Positions 57,061 through 64,000 of a stretch of DNA of 64,000 nt are shown here, in pieces (the first letter of the stretch is position 1; each line of letters opens with the position of its first letter). The notes under the pieces were generated by a model. The model saw only the letters and a list, made by a program, of their open reading frames with translations. It was not told the origin of the DNA and ran no database searches. The stretch is from positions 218,823 to 282,822 of the forward strand of contig CAXRDE010000025.1 of NCBI GenBank assembly GCA_964229355.1. The letters are read 5' to 3'. The position numbers and the translations under genes were made by a program. Source of the stretch: Candidatus Sericytochromatia bacterium (GTDB lineage Bacteria > Cyanobacteriota > Sericytochromatia > UBA7694).

Positions 57061-57957
57061 ATGCCCCCTCTGCCGTGGCTCATTCGCATTGAGCGCTGTT
57101 TACACCCCAAAATCAAGGAAGGGATTGCAAAATCCCTTGTGTACTATTTTACCATTAAAGAAGCCCGCACCTATCAACAAGCGCGCTATCAAGGGCACCC
57201 CCACTGTTTTGACACCTTTGAAGGTCCGCTTTGCGTTGCCCACAGAGGCTTTTCGGGCAAATACCCTGAAAACTCCCTTGCGGCGTTTCAAGCGGCCCTG
57301 GACCATGAGGCTGAGGTCATTGAGTTGGATGTGCAATGCAGTGCCGAAGGTCATCTGGTGGTGTGTCACGATCCCGATTTGGAACGTCTGACCGGGCTCC
57401 CGGCCTTTGTACGGGATTTGTCGCTGTCGCGTTTACAGGCCCCTGACATGGGACTGGTAACCCTGGAGGAGGTCTTTGCCACCCTGCCCGCAGACACCCT
57501 GATCAATATCGAGATCAAACACGAGGCCACCCACTTTTTGCAATGGCACACCGAACAGGCGGTGGTGGATTGTGTGCGTGCCTGGGGGCGCAGCAAACAG
57601 GTGGTGATTTCCGCTTTTAACCCCATGATTGTCCACCGCATTCGCAAATTGGCCCCGGAGCTTTCTACCGCCTATTTGATCACCCAGACCCTGACCCCCC
57701 TCTTGATTTTTTTGCTGGCACGGGTTAACGCACGCTATGTACACGTGGACCAGCGCTATCTCAATCCACGGGTGGTGCGTGCCTTACAGCGCAAGGGCAT
57801 TCAGGTTTTGGGGTATACTTTAAATACTGCAGAAGCCTTTCAATGGGCGCAAAAACTGGGGCTCACAGGGGTAATAACCGATTATCCCGATCGCTGGCGT
57901 CAATTTTGCACCTTGAAGCCTGCTGAAACCCTGCCACGGACACAACCCTTGCCATGA
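57061..57957 (+). CDS. Glycerophosphodiester phosphodiesterase family protein
   Basis: It has the GDPD signature VAHRGFSGKYPENSLAAFQAA...EVIELDVQCSAEGHLVVCHD. The track ORF starts at 56983. I preferred the ATG at 57061, which has an RBS. Confidence 0.8.
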   Translation: MPPLPWLIRIERCLHPKIKEGIAKSLVYYFTIKEARTYQQARYQGHPHCFDTFEGPLCVAHRGFSGKYPENSLAAFQAALDHEAEVIELDVQCSAEGHLVVCHDPDLERLTGLPAFVRDLSLSRLQAPDMGLVTLEEVFATLPADTLINIEIKHEATHFLQWHTEQAVVDCVRAWGRSKQVVISAFNPMIVHRIRKLAPELSTAYLITQTLTPLLIFLLARVNARYVHVDQRYLNPRVVRALQRKGIQVLGYTLNTAEAFQWAQKLGLTGVITDYPDRWRQFCTLKPAETLPRTQPLP

Positions 57958-59102
57958 TAACCGCCACAGAGCGTCTGCGCTATGACGCCATTCAAGAGGA
58001 TTTTGACGCCTTGCAAGCCCGCTACCGGGCCCAGCTGGGGGCTGAAGACGTGGCCTACATTCGCAAGTTGCGTCGCTACAGCCGCCGGTTTGAAGCCCTG
58101 GGTCGAGGGCTTCTGTGGTTTGGTTTTGATCCCATCAGTTTTGTTTTGGGCATTGGCTTTTTGTTTTTGCATCGCAACTTAGAGAGTATTGAAATCGGCC
58201 ACAATGTGCTGCACGGCCAGTACGACTATTTCCCCGAAATCCCGGAATTCCACGCCAAAAACTTTCGCTGGAAGTCCCCCATTGACGAAGAGGGCTGGCG
58301 GCGCGAGCACAACAATATGCACCACGTGTTCACCAATGTGTACGCCAAAGACCCGGATCTGACCCACGGCATTTTACGCACCAACGATCGCCTGCCCTGG
58401 AGCCCCTGGCATCGCTTTCAGTTTCCCATTTACGTGCTGTATTTTTACCCCTTTATGACCTACAAATTCAACGCCCAAAACCTGGGCTTTAACACGTCAT
58501 TCATCGAAAAGCACTTCCCGTCCACCGAAGGCTACGCGTCCCTCAACTACGTCATTGACGACGGCGACGAAAAAAAGCTGCGCCAGCGCGATTTTCGGGC
58601 CAAAGCCCGCGTCATTTTTAAAGAGTACTATGTGTTTCCGCTGCTGGCCCTGTGCACGGGCTTTTCGTTTTTACGGGTCATGTTTGGCAATCTCATCGCC
58701 GATGTGATCAACAGTTTATGGATGACCATGACCCTGCAAAGCAGCCATTTTACCGAGCCCTTACAGGCCGAAGACTGCCTGGAACACAAGGGCAAATGGT
58801 ACGCGTCACAAATTCTCTCCACCATTAACTTTAAAGGCCGTTACCGCTGGCAATCCATTTTATGGGGACATATCGACTACCAGATCGAGCATCACCTCTT
58901 CCCGGATATTCCCTCGCGTCATTACCCGGCCATGGCCTTAGAGGTGCAGGCCATCTGCCAGCGCCACGGCATTGCCTACAAGTGCAACCCCCATATTTTC
59001 AAGGCCATTTACCGCTACCTGGAGGTATTTTGGCGCTATTCGTTCCCCCCCAAAAGCAGCGAAACCGTAAGCAGCGATCAGCCCTCAGGGCAACTTCTGT
59101 AA
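57954..59102 (+). CDS. Membrane fatty-acid desaturase family protein
   Basis: It has three His boxes (HNVLHGQ, HNNMHHV, HIDYQIEHHLFP). Its start overlaps the upstream stop (ATGA). Confidence 0.85.
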   Translation: MITATERLRYDAIQEDFDALQARYRAQLGAEDVAYIRKLRRYSRRFEALGRGLLWFGFDPISFVLGIGFLFLHRNLESIEIGHNVLHGQYDYFPEIPEFHAKNFRWKSPIDEEGWRREHNNMHHVFTNVYAKDPDLTHGILRTNDRLPWSPWHRFQFPIYVLYFYPFMTYKFNAQNLGFNTSFIEKHFPSTEGYASLNYVIDDGDEKKLRQRDFRAKARVIFKEYYVFPLLALCTGFSFLRVMFGNLIADVINSLWMTMTLQSSHFTEPLQAEDCLEHKGKWYASQILSTINFKGRYRWQSILWGHIDYQIEHHLFPDIPSRHYPAMALEVQAICQRHGIAYKCNPHIFKAIYRYLEVFWRYSFPPKSSETVSSDQPSGQLL

Positions 59103-59897
59103 AATCTGCGGTTCGGGAATCCGGGGTAAAATCACCGCTGTCCGGGCTTTAAGCTGAGACCAGTGCAAGGTGGGTTGCTCATGGTGGGCCACATGGTAGC
59201 CAATGTTTAAACTGATAAAATTAAAAACAGGGCCGGTGTACATATTGGTGGAGGTGTAAATGTCTTCGGCAGGCACGTCCAGGTGGTGCCAGTAAGCCCC
59301 CAGCCACACCAGCGCCCGGTTCACGAGGTTTGCACCTAAAAAAAAGCCCAGCGCCATGAGGCCATAGACCCAAATCAACAGCGCGTGTATGGCCACCCAG
59401 AACACCGTTTCATAAATCAGGGTCCACAGATAGCGGGGTTTGCCCTGGCGGTAAAATTGCCAGGCCATACGACAACAATCCGGGTAAATCTTCAGGGTGC
59501 CTGACCAGATATACTGCCATTTGCTGTAATAGGCACGGGTGGTGGGATGGCGCACCGAAGAGGTGTCAGCCAGCGAGTTAATGGGGTTACCGTGATGTCC
59601 AATATTGTGGTGCAGGGTCCACTCTGAGCACAGATGCCCTGCCGTGATCGCCAAGAGCAGATCAAAGACAATATTGAGGGGTTTCGCGTTAAACAGAGCA
59701 TAGTGCACATGGTTGTGCTGAATCAGCGACACAATGGGCTTAAAAAACACGAGCAGCACCACCACCGCCACAAGTGCCCACAGGCTGAGCGGTTTCACCA
59801 GCGGCAGCACGCTCAGGGCCAGAACACCCAGGGTGATCAGGATCGAGACGGCATCAATGGGGTAACGCAAGAGTCCGGTGCGAGAGGGAGCTTTCAC
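59085..59897 (-). CDS. Fatty-acid desaturase / carotenoid-ketolase-like His-box membrane enzyme
   Basis: It has His boxes HNHVHY, HNIGHHGNP and HVAHHEQP, in a 270-aa membrane protein. Confidence 0.7.
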   Translation of the reverse strand: MKAPSRTGLLRYPIDAVSILITLGVLALSVLPLVKPLSLWALVAVVVLLVFFKPIVSLIQHNHVHYALFNAKPLNIVFDLLLAITAGHLCSEWTLHHNIGHHGNPINSLADTSSVRHPTTRAYYSKWQYIWSGTLKIYPDCCRMAWQFYRQGKPRYLWTLIYETVFWVAIHALLIWVYGLMALGFFLGANLVNRALVWLGAYWHHLDVPAEDIYTSTNMYTGPVFNFISLNIGYHVAHHEQPTLHWSQLKARTAVILPRIPEPQILQKLP

Positions 59898-61147
59898 GAC
59901 GGGTTCCCCTGCACCCCATGCAGGAGCACTTCGGTAATACGCGCAGCGGCCTGAGGCTTGGGAAAATCCACCAAACGCTGTTTGAGAACCCGATAATCTT
60001 CAGGGGACTGTACCAATTGACTCAGGCGGGCCAGAAGACCCTGGCGGGAGCGAAAGGCAAAGCCCAGACCGTGCTCTTCAATGTATTGGTCATTGCCCCG
60101 TTCCTGCCACATGATAAAGTGAGAGGCATCAATGAGCAGGGGTAGGTTTTGACTCAGGCTTTCGGCAATGGACACCGAACCGGGTTTGGTGAGCAAAAGA
60201 TCTGCCACCTGCATGAGTTCGGGCATATCGCGGGTAAAGCCCAGGGCATGAATCGGGGTTTGGGAGCGGGCCGCCAGGGCACTGACCTGCTGACGAAGGC
60301 GCTGACTGTGACCACAGCAGGCAATGATCTGAATGGGCAGGCGCAGACGTTCAATCTGCTGGCAATAGCGGTGAATGCTCTGAGAGCCATTGGCCCCCAT
60401 CACCATCAGCAGGGTAAAACGGTCCGGGTCCAGGCCGTATTTCTGCTGAAGTTCGCTGCGATGCTGTGCATCGGGCGGGGTAAAACGGGGGTGTACCGGC
60501 AGGCCCGTCACCTCCATTTTTTCAGCGGGAATGCCCTGGCCGAGAAAATAGTCGCGGGCTTCTGGGGTGGGCACAAAGCTATAGGCTTGCTCTGGCATAA
60601 TCCAGTTGTGGCGCATGCTCACCAGATCCGTAATCACCGTATACAGCGGCACCGTATCGGCTTTGCGCAAAAATTGCAGGGCATGGTAGGTCAACTCCTG
60701 GGTGGCAGGCACAAAAGCCACCACCGCCTCAGGCTGAAAGGCATCAATAATCTGGGCATTGCGCAGGGCAATATACTGGTGAATCACAGGCAATTCCATC
60801 ATGTACACCGAGTTAAACAGCATGGGTTCCATCCAGTAAGCGCCCCATTGAATGGCCTTGTTATACGCTTCTTCAATACCGCGAGAAAACAAGCGCTGGG
60901 GATGGTTGAGAATATCCACGGCGGGCATGAGGTAAACGCAGGCATCAGGCACCTGTTGCAATAACTGGGCCTTGACCGCATTGGCGGTGGTGCGATGTCC
61001 GCCCCCCGAGTCCGCAATAATAAACAGGAAGCGCCGGGCCGCTTCACGCTCGGAGGCCGTGGGCAAGCGCCGCAGGGCCATGTTTTCAAAGCCGGTGAGC
61101 TGATCCACAGGAGAGAGTAACTGGTCCAGGGCTCGCATTATACGCAT
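59894..61147 (-). CDS. MGDG-synthase-family diacylglycerol glycosyltransferase (GT28-like)
   Basis: It has an N-terminal FLFIIADSGGGHRTTANAV (GGGH motif) and a C-terminal GT-B half. The track ORF (to 61747) carries a ~200-aa antisense extension over the next gene. The start was set at ATG 61147, with an alternative at 61138 (TAATG overlap). Confidence 0.75.
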   Translation of the reverse strand: MRIMRALDQLLSPVDQLTGFENMALRRLPTASEREAARRFLFIIADSGGGHRTTANAVKAQLLQQVPDACVYLMPAVDILNHPQRLFSRGIEEAYNKAIQWGAYWMEPMLFNSVYMMELPVIHQYIALRNAQIIDAFQPEAVVAFVPATQELTYHALQFLRKADTVPLYTVITDLVSMRHNWIMPEQAYSFVPTPEARDYFLGQGIPAEKMEVTGLPVHPRFTPPDAQHRSELQQKYGLDPDRFTLLMVMGANGSQSIHRYCQQIERLRLPIQIIACCGHSQRLRQQVSALAARSQTPIHALGFTRDMPELMQVADLLLTKPGSVSIAESLSQNLPLLIDASHFIMWQERGNDQYIEEHGLGFAFRSRQGLLARLSQLVQSPEDYRVLKQRLVDFPKPQAAARITEVLLHGVQGNPS

Positions 61148-61872
61148 GGGTGGGAAGGTCTTTCTGTAAGGTATTTGGGAGCCACGTACATCCCCAACTG
61201 GTGCATTTCGGCATAGTCTTCGGCGCTGGGCAAACGGTGACAGCCCCACACCAGATCGCCACCAAAGAGCAAATTGTAATTGCAATGGACGTATTTGTGG
61301 TGCAAAAAGTGATGCTGGGCCAGGCGCCGAAAGTAAGGGGTGTACAAAAAAGGGCGCATCAAGGGAGAAGCTTTTTTCAAGGCCTCGTGGTAATTCATAT
61401 GCAAATAAGGGTGCGCAAAATGGGCCAGCCACTGGTAAAAGAAGACCGGCAACAGGGCCCCCAGGGTAAAGCCTGCCCCGCCCAGATAACACAGCAGGGC
61501 GTAATGGGGCACATGGGGGTACACATACTTCACAAATTCTTTGGGACTGCCAATGCGCAGGCCATAAGAGTTTAAGGCAATTTGACGTTTGCCCCGCCGT
61601 GTTAAGTCGGCTTCCAGTTTGTGTTCTTCTTCGGCGGAGGTAAATTGCGTGACATAGTCCTGGCGAAAGGTGCGGTAATGGTGCACCACGTGGTGAGAGT
61701 ACCAGGAGTTGTGAATGTAGCGCCCCATCGTGCCCATGCGCTGCCAAAATTTGCGAATTTTAGGGCTGGCGTGTAGAAAGTGGCGATGAGAGGCCGACTC
61801 ACTGACACACAAAACACCGTAGCCAATCAACAGGCCTTTGAGCATCTCTTTAAAAAGTTCGGGGGAGATCAT
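61138..61872 (-). CDS. Fatty-acid hydroxylase / sterol-desaturase superfamily membrane protein
   Basis: It has His boxes HHVVHHY and HHFLHHK. It is 244 aa long. Confidence 0.75.
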   Translation of the reverse strand: MISPELFKEMLKGLLIGYGVLCVSESASHRHFLHASPKIRKFWQRMGTMGRYIHNSWYSHHVVHHYRTFRQDYVTQFTSAEEEHKLEADLTRRGKRQIALNSYGLRIGSPKEFVKYVYPHVPHYALLCYLGGAGFTLGALLPVFFYQWLAHFAHPYLHMNYHEALKKASPLMRPFLYTPYFRRLAQHHFLHHKYVHCNYNLLFGGDLVWGCHRLPSAEDYAEMHQLGMYVAPKYLTERPSHPCV

Positions 61873-61887
61873 GGTTCGTGCTCCATT

Positions 61888-63000
61888 TTAATGTCCAAGC
61901 ACCACCCGTGAGGAACGGGCGTAGGCCTGACAGACGTACACGGCCTGACCGTGGGTTTGCCCCTGTACTTCACCCTGATGCAACACCAGTTTACAGCTGC
62001 CGCAATAGCCCTTGCGACAGCCCTTTTCTAAATTCAGGCCCCGCGACAGCCCCAGCTCTAACAGGGTTTTGTGCTGATCCTCAGGCTGCATTTGAATGCG
62101 GGTCTGGTGCTCACGAAAAATCACCTCGGGCAAATCACGGCCCGTCTCCCATTGGGGTACTGAAGCAGCCTGCGTCTGAAAATGCTCCACGTGCAGCTGC
62201 GACAGGGGAAACTGCCGCTGCTGCAGGGCATCGAGATAGGCCTGTTTAAAGCCTTCAGGGCCACACAAATACACGTGATAATCGCTGAGATCGGCAAAAC
62301 GGTCCAGCCACTGCGCTGCCGATGGCGGAGGCTGTACACCGGCATCTGGCACCTGAGAATAGGCCACTTCACACTGAAAACGCGGGTGAGACTGCGCCTG
62401 CCAACGGGCCAAATCTGACGCAAAAAGCGTGTCTTCGGGTCGCGAGAATTGACCATAAACCTGCAGTTCTGGACGCTGTTCCGCAGGCAGGGCCAGCAGC
62501 TCGTTGATCAGAGCATAACAAGGGGTCAGGCCCGTGCCCGCAAAAATCACCAGGAGTTTGGGCTGCCCGGCGTAAACAAACGCACCAAAAGGCCCCTGAA
62601 GCTGCAAACGTGTGCCCGGTTGCACCTGATCATGCAATTGCGGTGACAAGAAACCACCGGGCTGCTTTTTAACGGTAATCCAAAAAGTGTGGGGGGTCAC
62701 CGCTGAAACCGAGTAGGCCCGAGACTCGGACTGCCCGAGCAAAGAGACCTCGACGTATTGGCCCGCCCGGGGCTGTCGCCAGTGTTGATTGGGCAAAATC
62801 TCAAAGCTGACCACCTGAGGGGTATCCTGGCGACGGCGCAGCACCAGTCCTTGCAACTCATAACTCCACAAAAAGGGGTTGAGACGACGGTTCACCACCG
62901 TCATGGTATTGCTGCACAGGTACGCGAGCCGATCTCGCCCCCAAAAGCGGAGCGCGGCATGGTGCAGGCGGGCATTCAGACGTTGTACTCTCACGGGCAA
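61888..63000 (-). CDS. FNR-type oxidoreductase with C-terminal 2Fe-2S ferredoxin domain
   Basis: It has FAD/NAD-binding segments (RAGQYVEVSL, LLVIFAGTGLTPCYAL). The C-terminal CRKGYCGSCK...C is plant-type ferredoxin Cys ligands. The start may be TTG (63000) or ATG (62904). Confidence 0.8.
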   Translation of the reverse strand: MPVRVQRLNARLHHAALRFWGRDRLAYLCSNTMTVVNRRLNPFLWSYELQGLVLRRRQDTPQVVSFEILPNQHWRQPRAGQYVEVSLLGQSESRAYSVSAVTPHTFWITVKKQPGGFLSPQLHDQVQPGTRLQLQGPFGAFVYAGQPKLLVIFAGTGLTPCYALINELLALPAEQRPELQVYGQFSRPEDTLFASDLARWQAQSHPRFQCEVAYSQVPDAGVQPPPSAAQWLDRFADLSDYHVYLCGPEGFKQAYLDALQQRQFPLSQLHVEHFQTQAASVPQWETGRDLPEVIFREHQTRIQMQPEDQHKTLLELGLSRGLNLEKGCRKGYCGSCKLVLHQGEVQGQTHGQAVYVCQAYARSSRVVLGH

Positions 63001-63114
63001 GGTGTCTTTGACATGGATTTGATAAAGGTATTATACCCGCTTTTGGCAAAGGCGAAAAAAACAGGGCGTAAATGTAATTTACACCCTGCGGGGTTTACAA
63101 GGAGACTTCAGACT

Positions 63115-63897
63115 TTACGCGTTACCATAAAGATTAGACTCACCGCCATCAATGGCCAGGGTTTGACCACTGACATAATTGTTCTGGCGGCCAATCAAAA
63201 AGGCCACGGTTTTGGCCACATCTTCGGGTTGTCCCAGACGGCGGGTGGGATTGCGCTGGGCGTATTCTGTTTCAGCGGCTTTGGGGTCTTCGGGATTGAC
63301 CTGTTTAAAGGCCTCGGCCACCATGGGCGTCAGAATGGCGCCGGGGGCAATGGCGTTGGTTAAAATACCGTCTTTGCCATACTCGATGGCGGCGTTTTTG
63401 GTCATCCCGGACACCGCGTGCTTACTGGCTACATAGGGCATTTGGTTCACCACACCACGAATACCGCCCACCGAAGCCACGTTGACAATACGGCCGTACC
63501 CCTGTTTTTGCATCACGGGAATCACGTGACGCAGTCCGTAATAGACGCCCATCAGGTTAATATCGATGACTTTTTTAAATACGTCCAGATCATAGTCCAC
63601 AAGACTGGCCTGACGACCTTCGATACCCGCATTGTTATACAGGCCATGAACGGTGCCAAAGGTCTCTACTGCTTTCTGCACATAGTTTTTAACCGCCGCT
63701 TCATCCGACACGTCGGCCACCACGGTAATGGCTTCCAGTTCAGCATGGGTTTGCTTTAAGTCCGCCAGCGCCTTGTCCAACGCCTCCGGGTTGTAATCCA
63801 CCAGCACCAGTTTGGCACCCTGTGCCGCAAACTCCTGAGCAGCGGCCAGCCCCAGGCCCATCGCAGCTCCTGTAATAATCATGACATCATTTTTCAT
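63115..63897 (-). CDS. SDR-family oxidoreductase (3-oxoacyl-ACP-reductase-like)
   Basis: It has the Rossmann motif ITGAAMGLGLA, a NAG motif and a YVASK catalytic segment. Confidence 0.9.
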   Translation of the reverse strand: MKNDVMIITGAAMGLGLAAAQEFAAQGAKLVLVDYNPEALDKALADLKQTHAELEAITVVADVSDEAAVKNYVQKAVETFGTVHGLYNNAGIEGRQASLVDYDLDVFKKVIDINLMGVYYGLRHVIPVMQKQGYGRIVNVASVGGIRGVVNQMPYVASKHAVSGMTKNAAIEYGKDGILTNAIAPGAILTPMVAEAFKQVNPEDPKAAETEYAQRNPTRRLGQPEDVAKTVAFLIGRQNNYVSGQTLAIDGGESNLYGNA

Positions 63898-64000
63898 GGG
63901 TCATTTTCCTTTCTTTTCAGAGAAGATTACTCCATTTATTTTATGCTTAAAATATTATCATGTGAAAAATGTTAGCCACTCAGCACCAAAGATAAAAAAT

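Noticed and set aside
59894-61747. Track ORF of 617 aa for the glycosyltransferase
   Set aside because: The first ~200 aa are translated antisense to the well-supported hydroxylase gene 61138..61872 and are P/R/L-rich junk. The GT domain begins at MRIMRALD, so the start was set at 61147.
1-64000. tRNA, rRNA or ncRNA genes and IS elements or transposases
   Set aside because: No intergenic segment showed cloverleaf-compatible conserved tRNA features (e.g. GTTC-R-A-NYC T-loop with a matching acceptor stem), rRNA-like conservation or transposase ORFs. Intergenic regions are short and promoter-like.

Overview
This 64 kb window comes from a GC-rich (about 55-60%) chromosome of a Gram-negative, proteobacterial-type organism. 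Coding is dense on both strands, and I found no rRNA, tRNA or CRISPR array.

- **Left edge (1-3321):** the window opens inside a flagellar rod gene (3' end of flgG/flgF) followed by a FlgJ-type rod-binding protein. Next come a radical-SAM/SPASM peptide-maturase-like gene translationally coupled to a small zinc-ribbon membrane protein, and an Arr-family rifampin ADP-ribosyltransferase with an unusual N-terminal extension.
- **Mosaic island (about 3.3-15.8 kb):** an AT-rich TolB-like beta-propeller lipoprotein sits upstream of a Type I restriction-modification operon. The operon is interrupted by three extra, translationally coupled genes: two paralogous AlbA_2 (Schlafen-like)/HATPase-like/wHTH ATP-binding proteins and a winged-helix + PD-(D/E)xK nuclease-fold protein. 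Gene order is hsdM-X-hsdS-Y-X'-hsdR, with two further small AT-rich unknown ORFs coupled to the hsdR stop. This is the best candidate for an undescribed defence module.
- **Middle of the window:** mostly metabolism and housekeeping. Genes include an aldehyde dehydrogenase, an ALS-like TPP enzyme, an Rrf2 regulator, an epoxide-hydrolase-like protein, a DTW protein, a SAM methyltransferase, a PaaI thioesterase, sugE, rlmF, a DAACS symporter, an ABC substrate-binding protein, lysS and hemB.
- **LysM-transglycosylase operon (26.5-31.3 kb, minus strand):** LysM-lytic transglycosylase, a small TPR protein, a 905-aa leaderless coiled-coil protein and an 8-nt-overlapping 119-aa ORF.
- **Putative copper cluster (31.8-35.7 kb):** two MbnP-like paralogs plus an MbnH-like di-haem peroxidase.
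- **Leaderless S/T/P-rich N-terminus proteins:** two more proteins with this N-terminal architecture (one carrying a SleB-like cell-wall hydrolase domain), plus an NHL-repeat lipoprotein and a histidine-rich lipoprotein.
- **Right edge (58-64 kb):** a lipid-modification cluster with two desaturases, an MGDG-synthase-like glycosyltransferase, a hydroxylase, an FNR/2Fe-2S reductase and an SDR.
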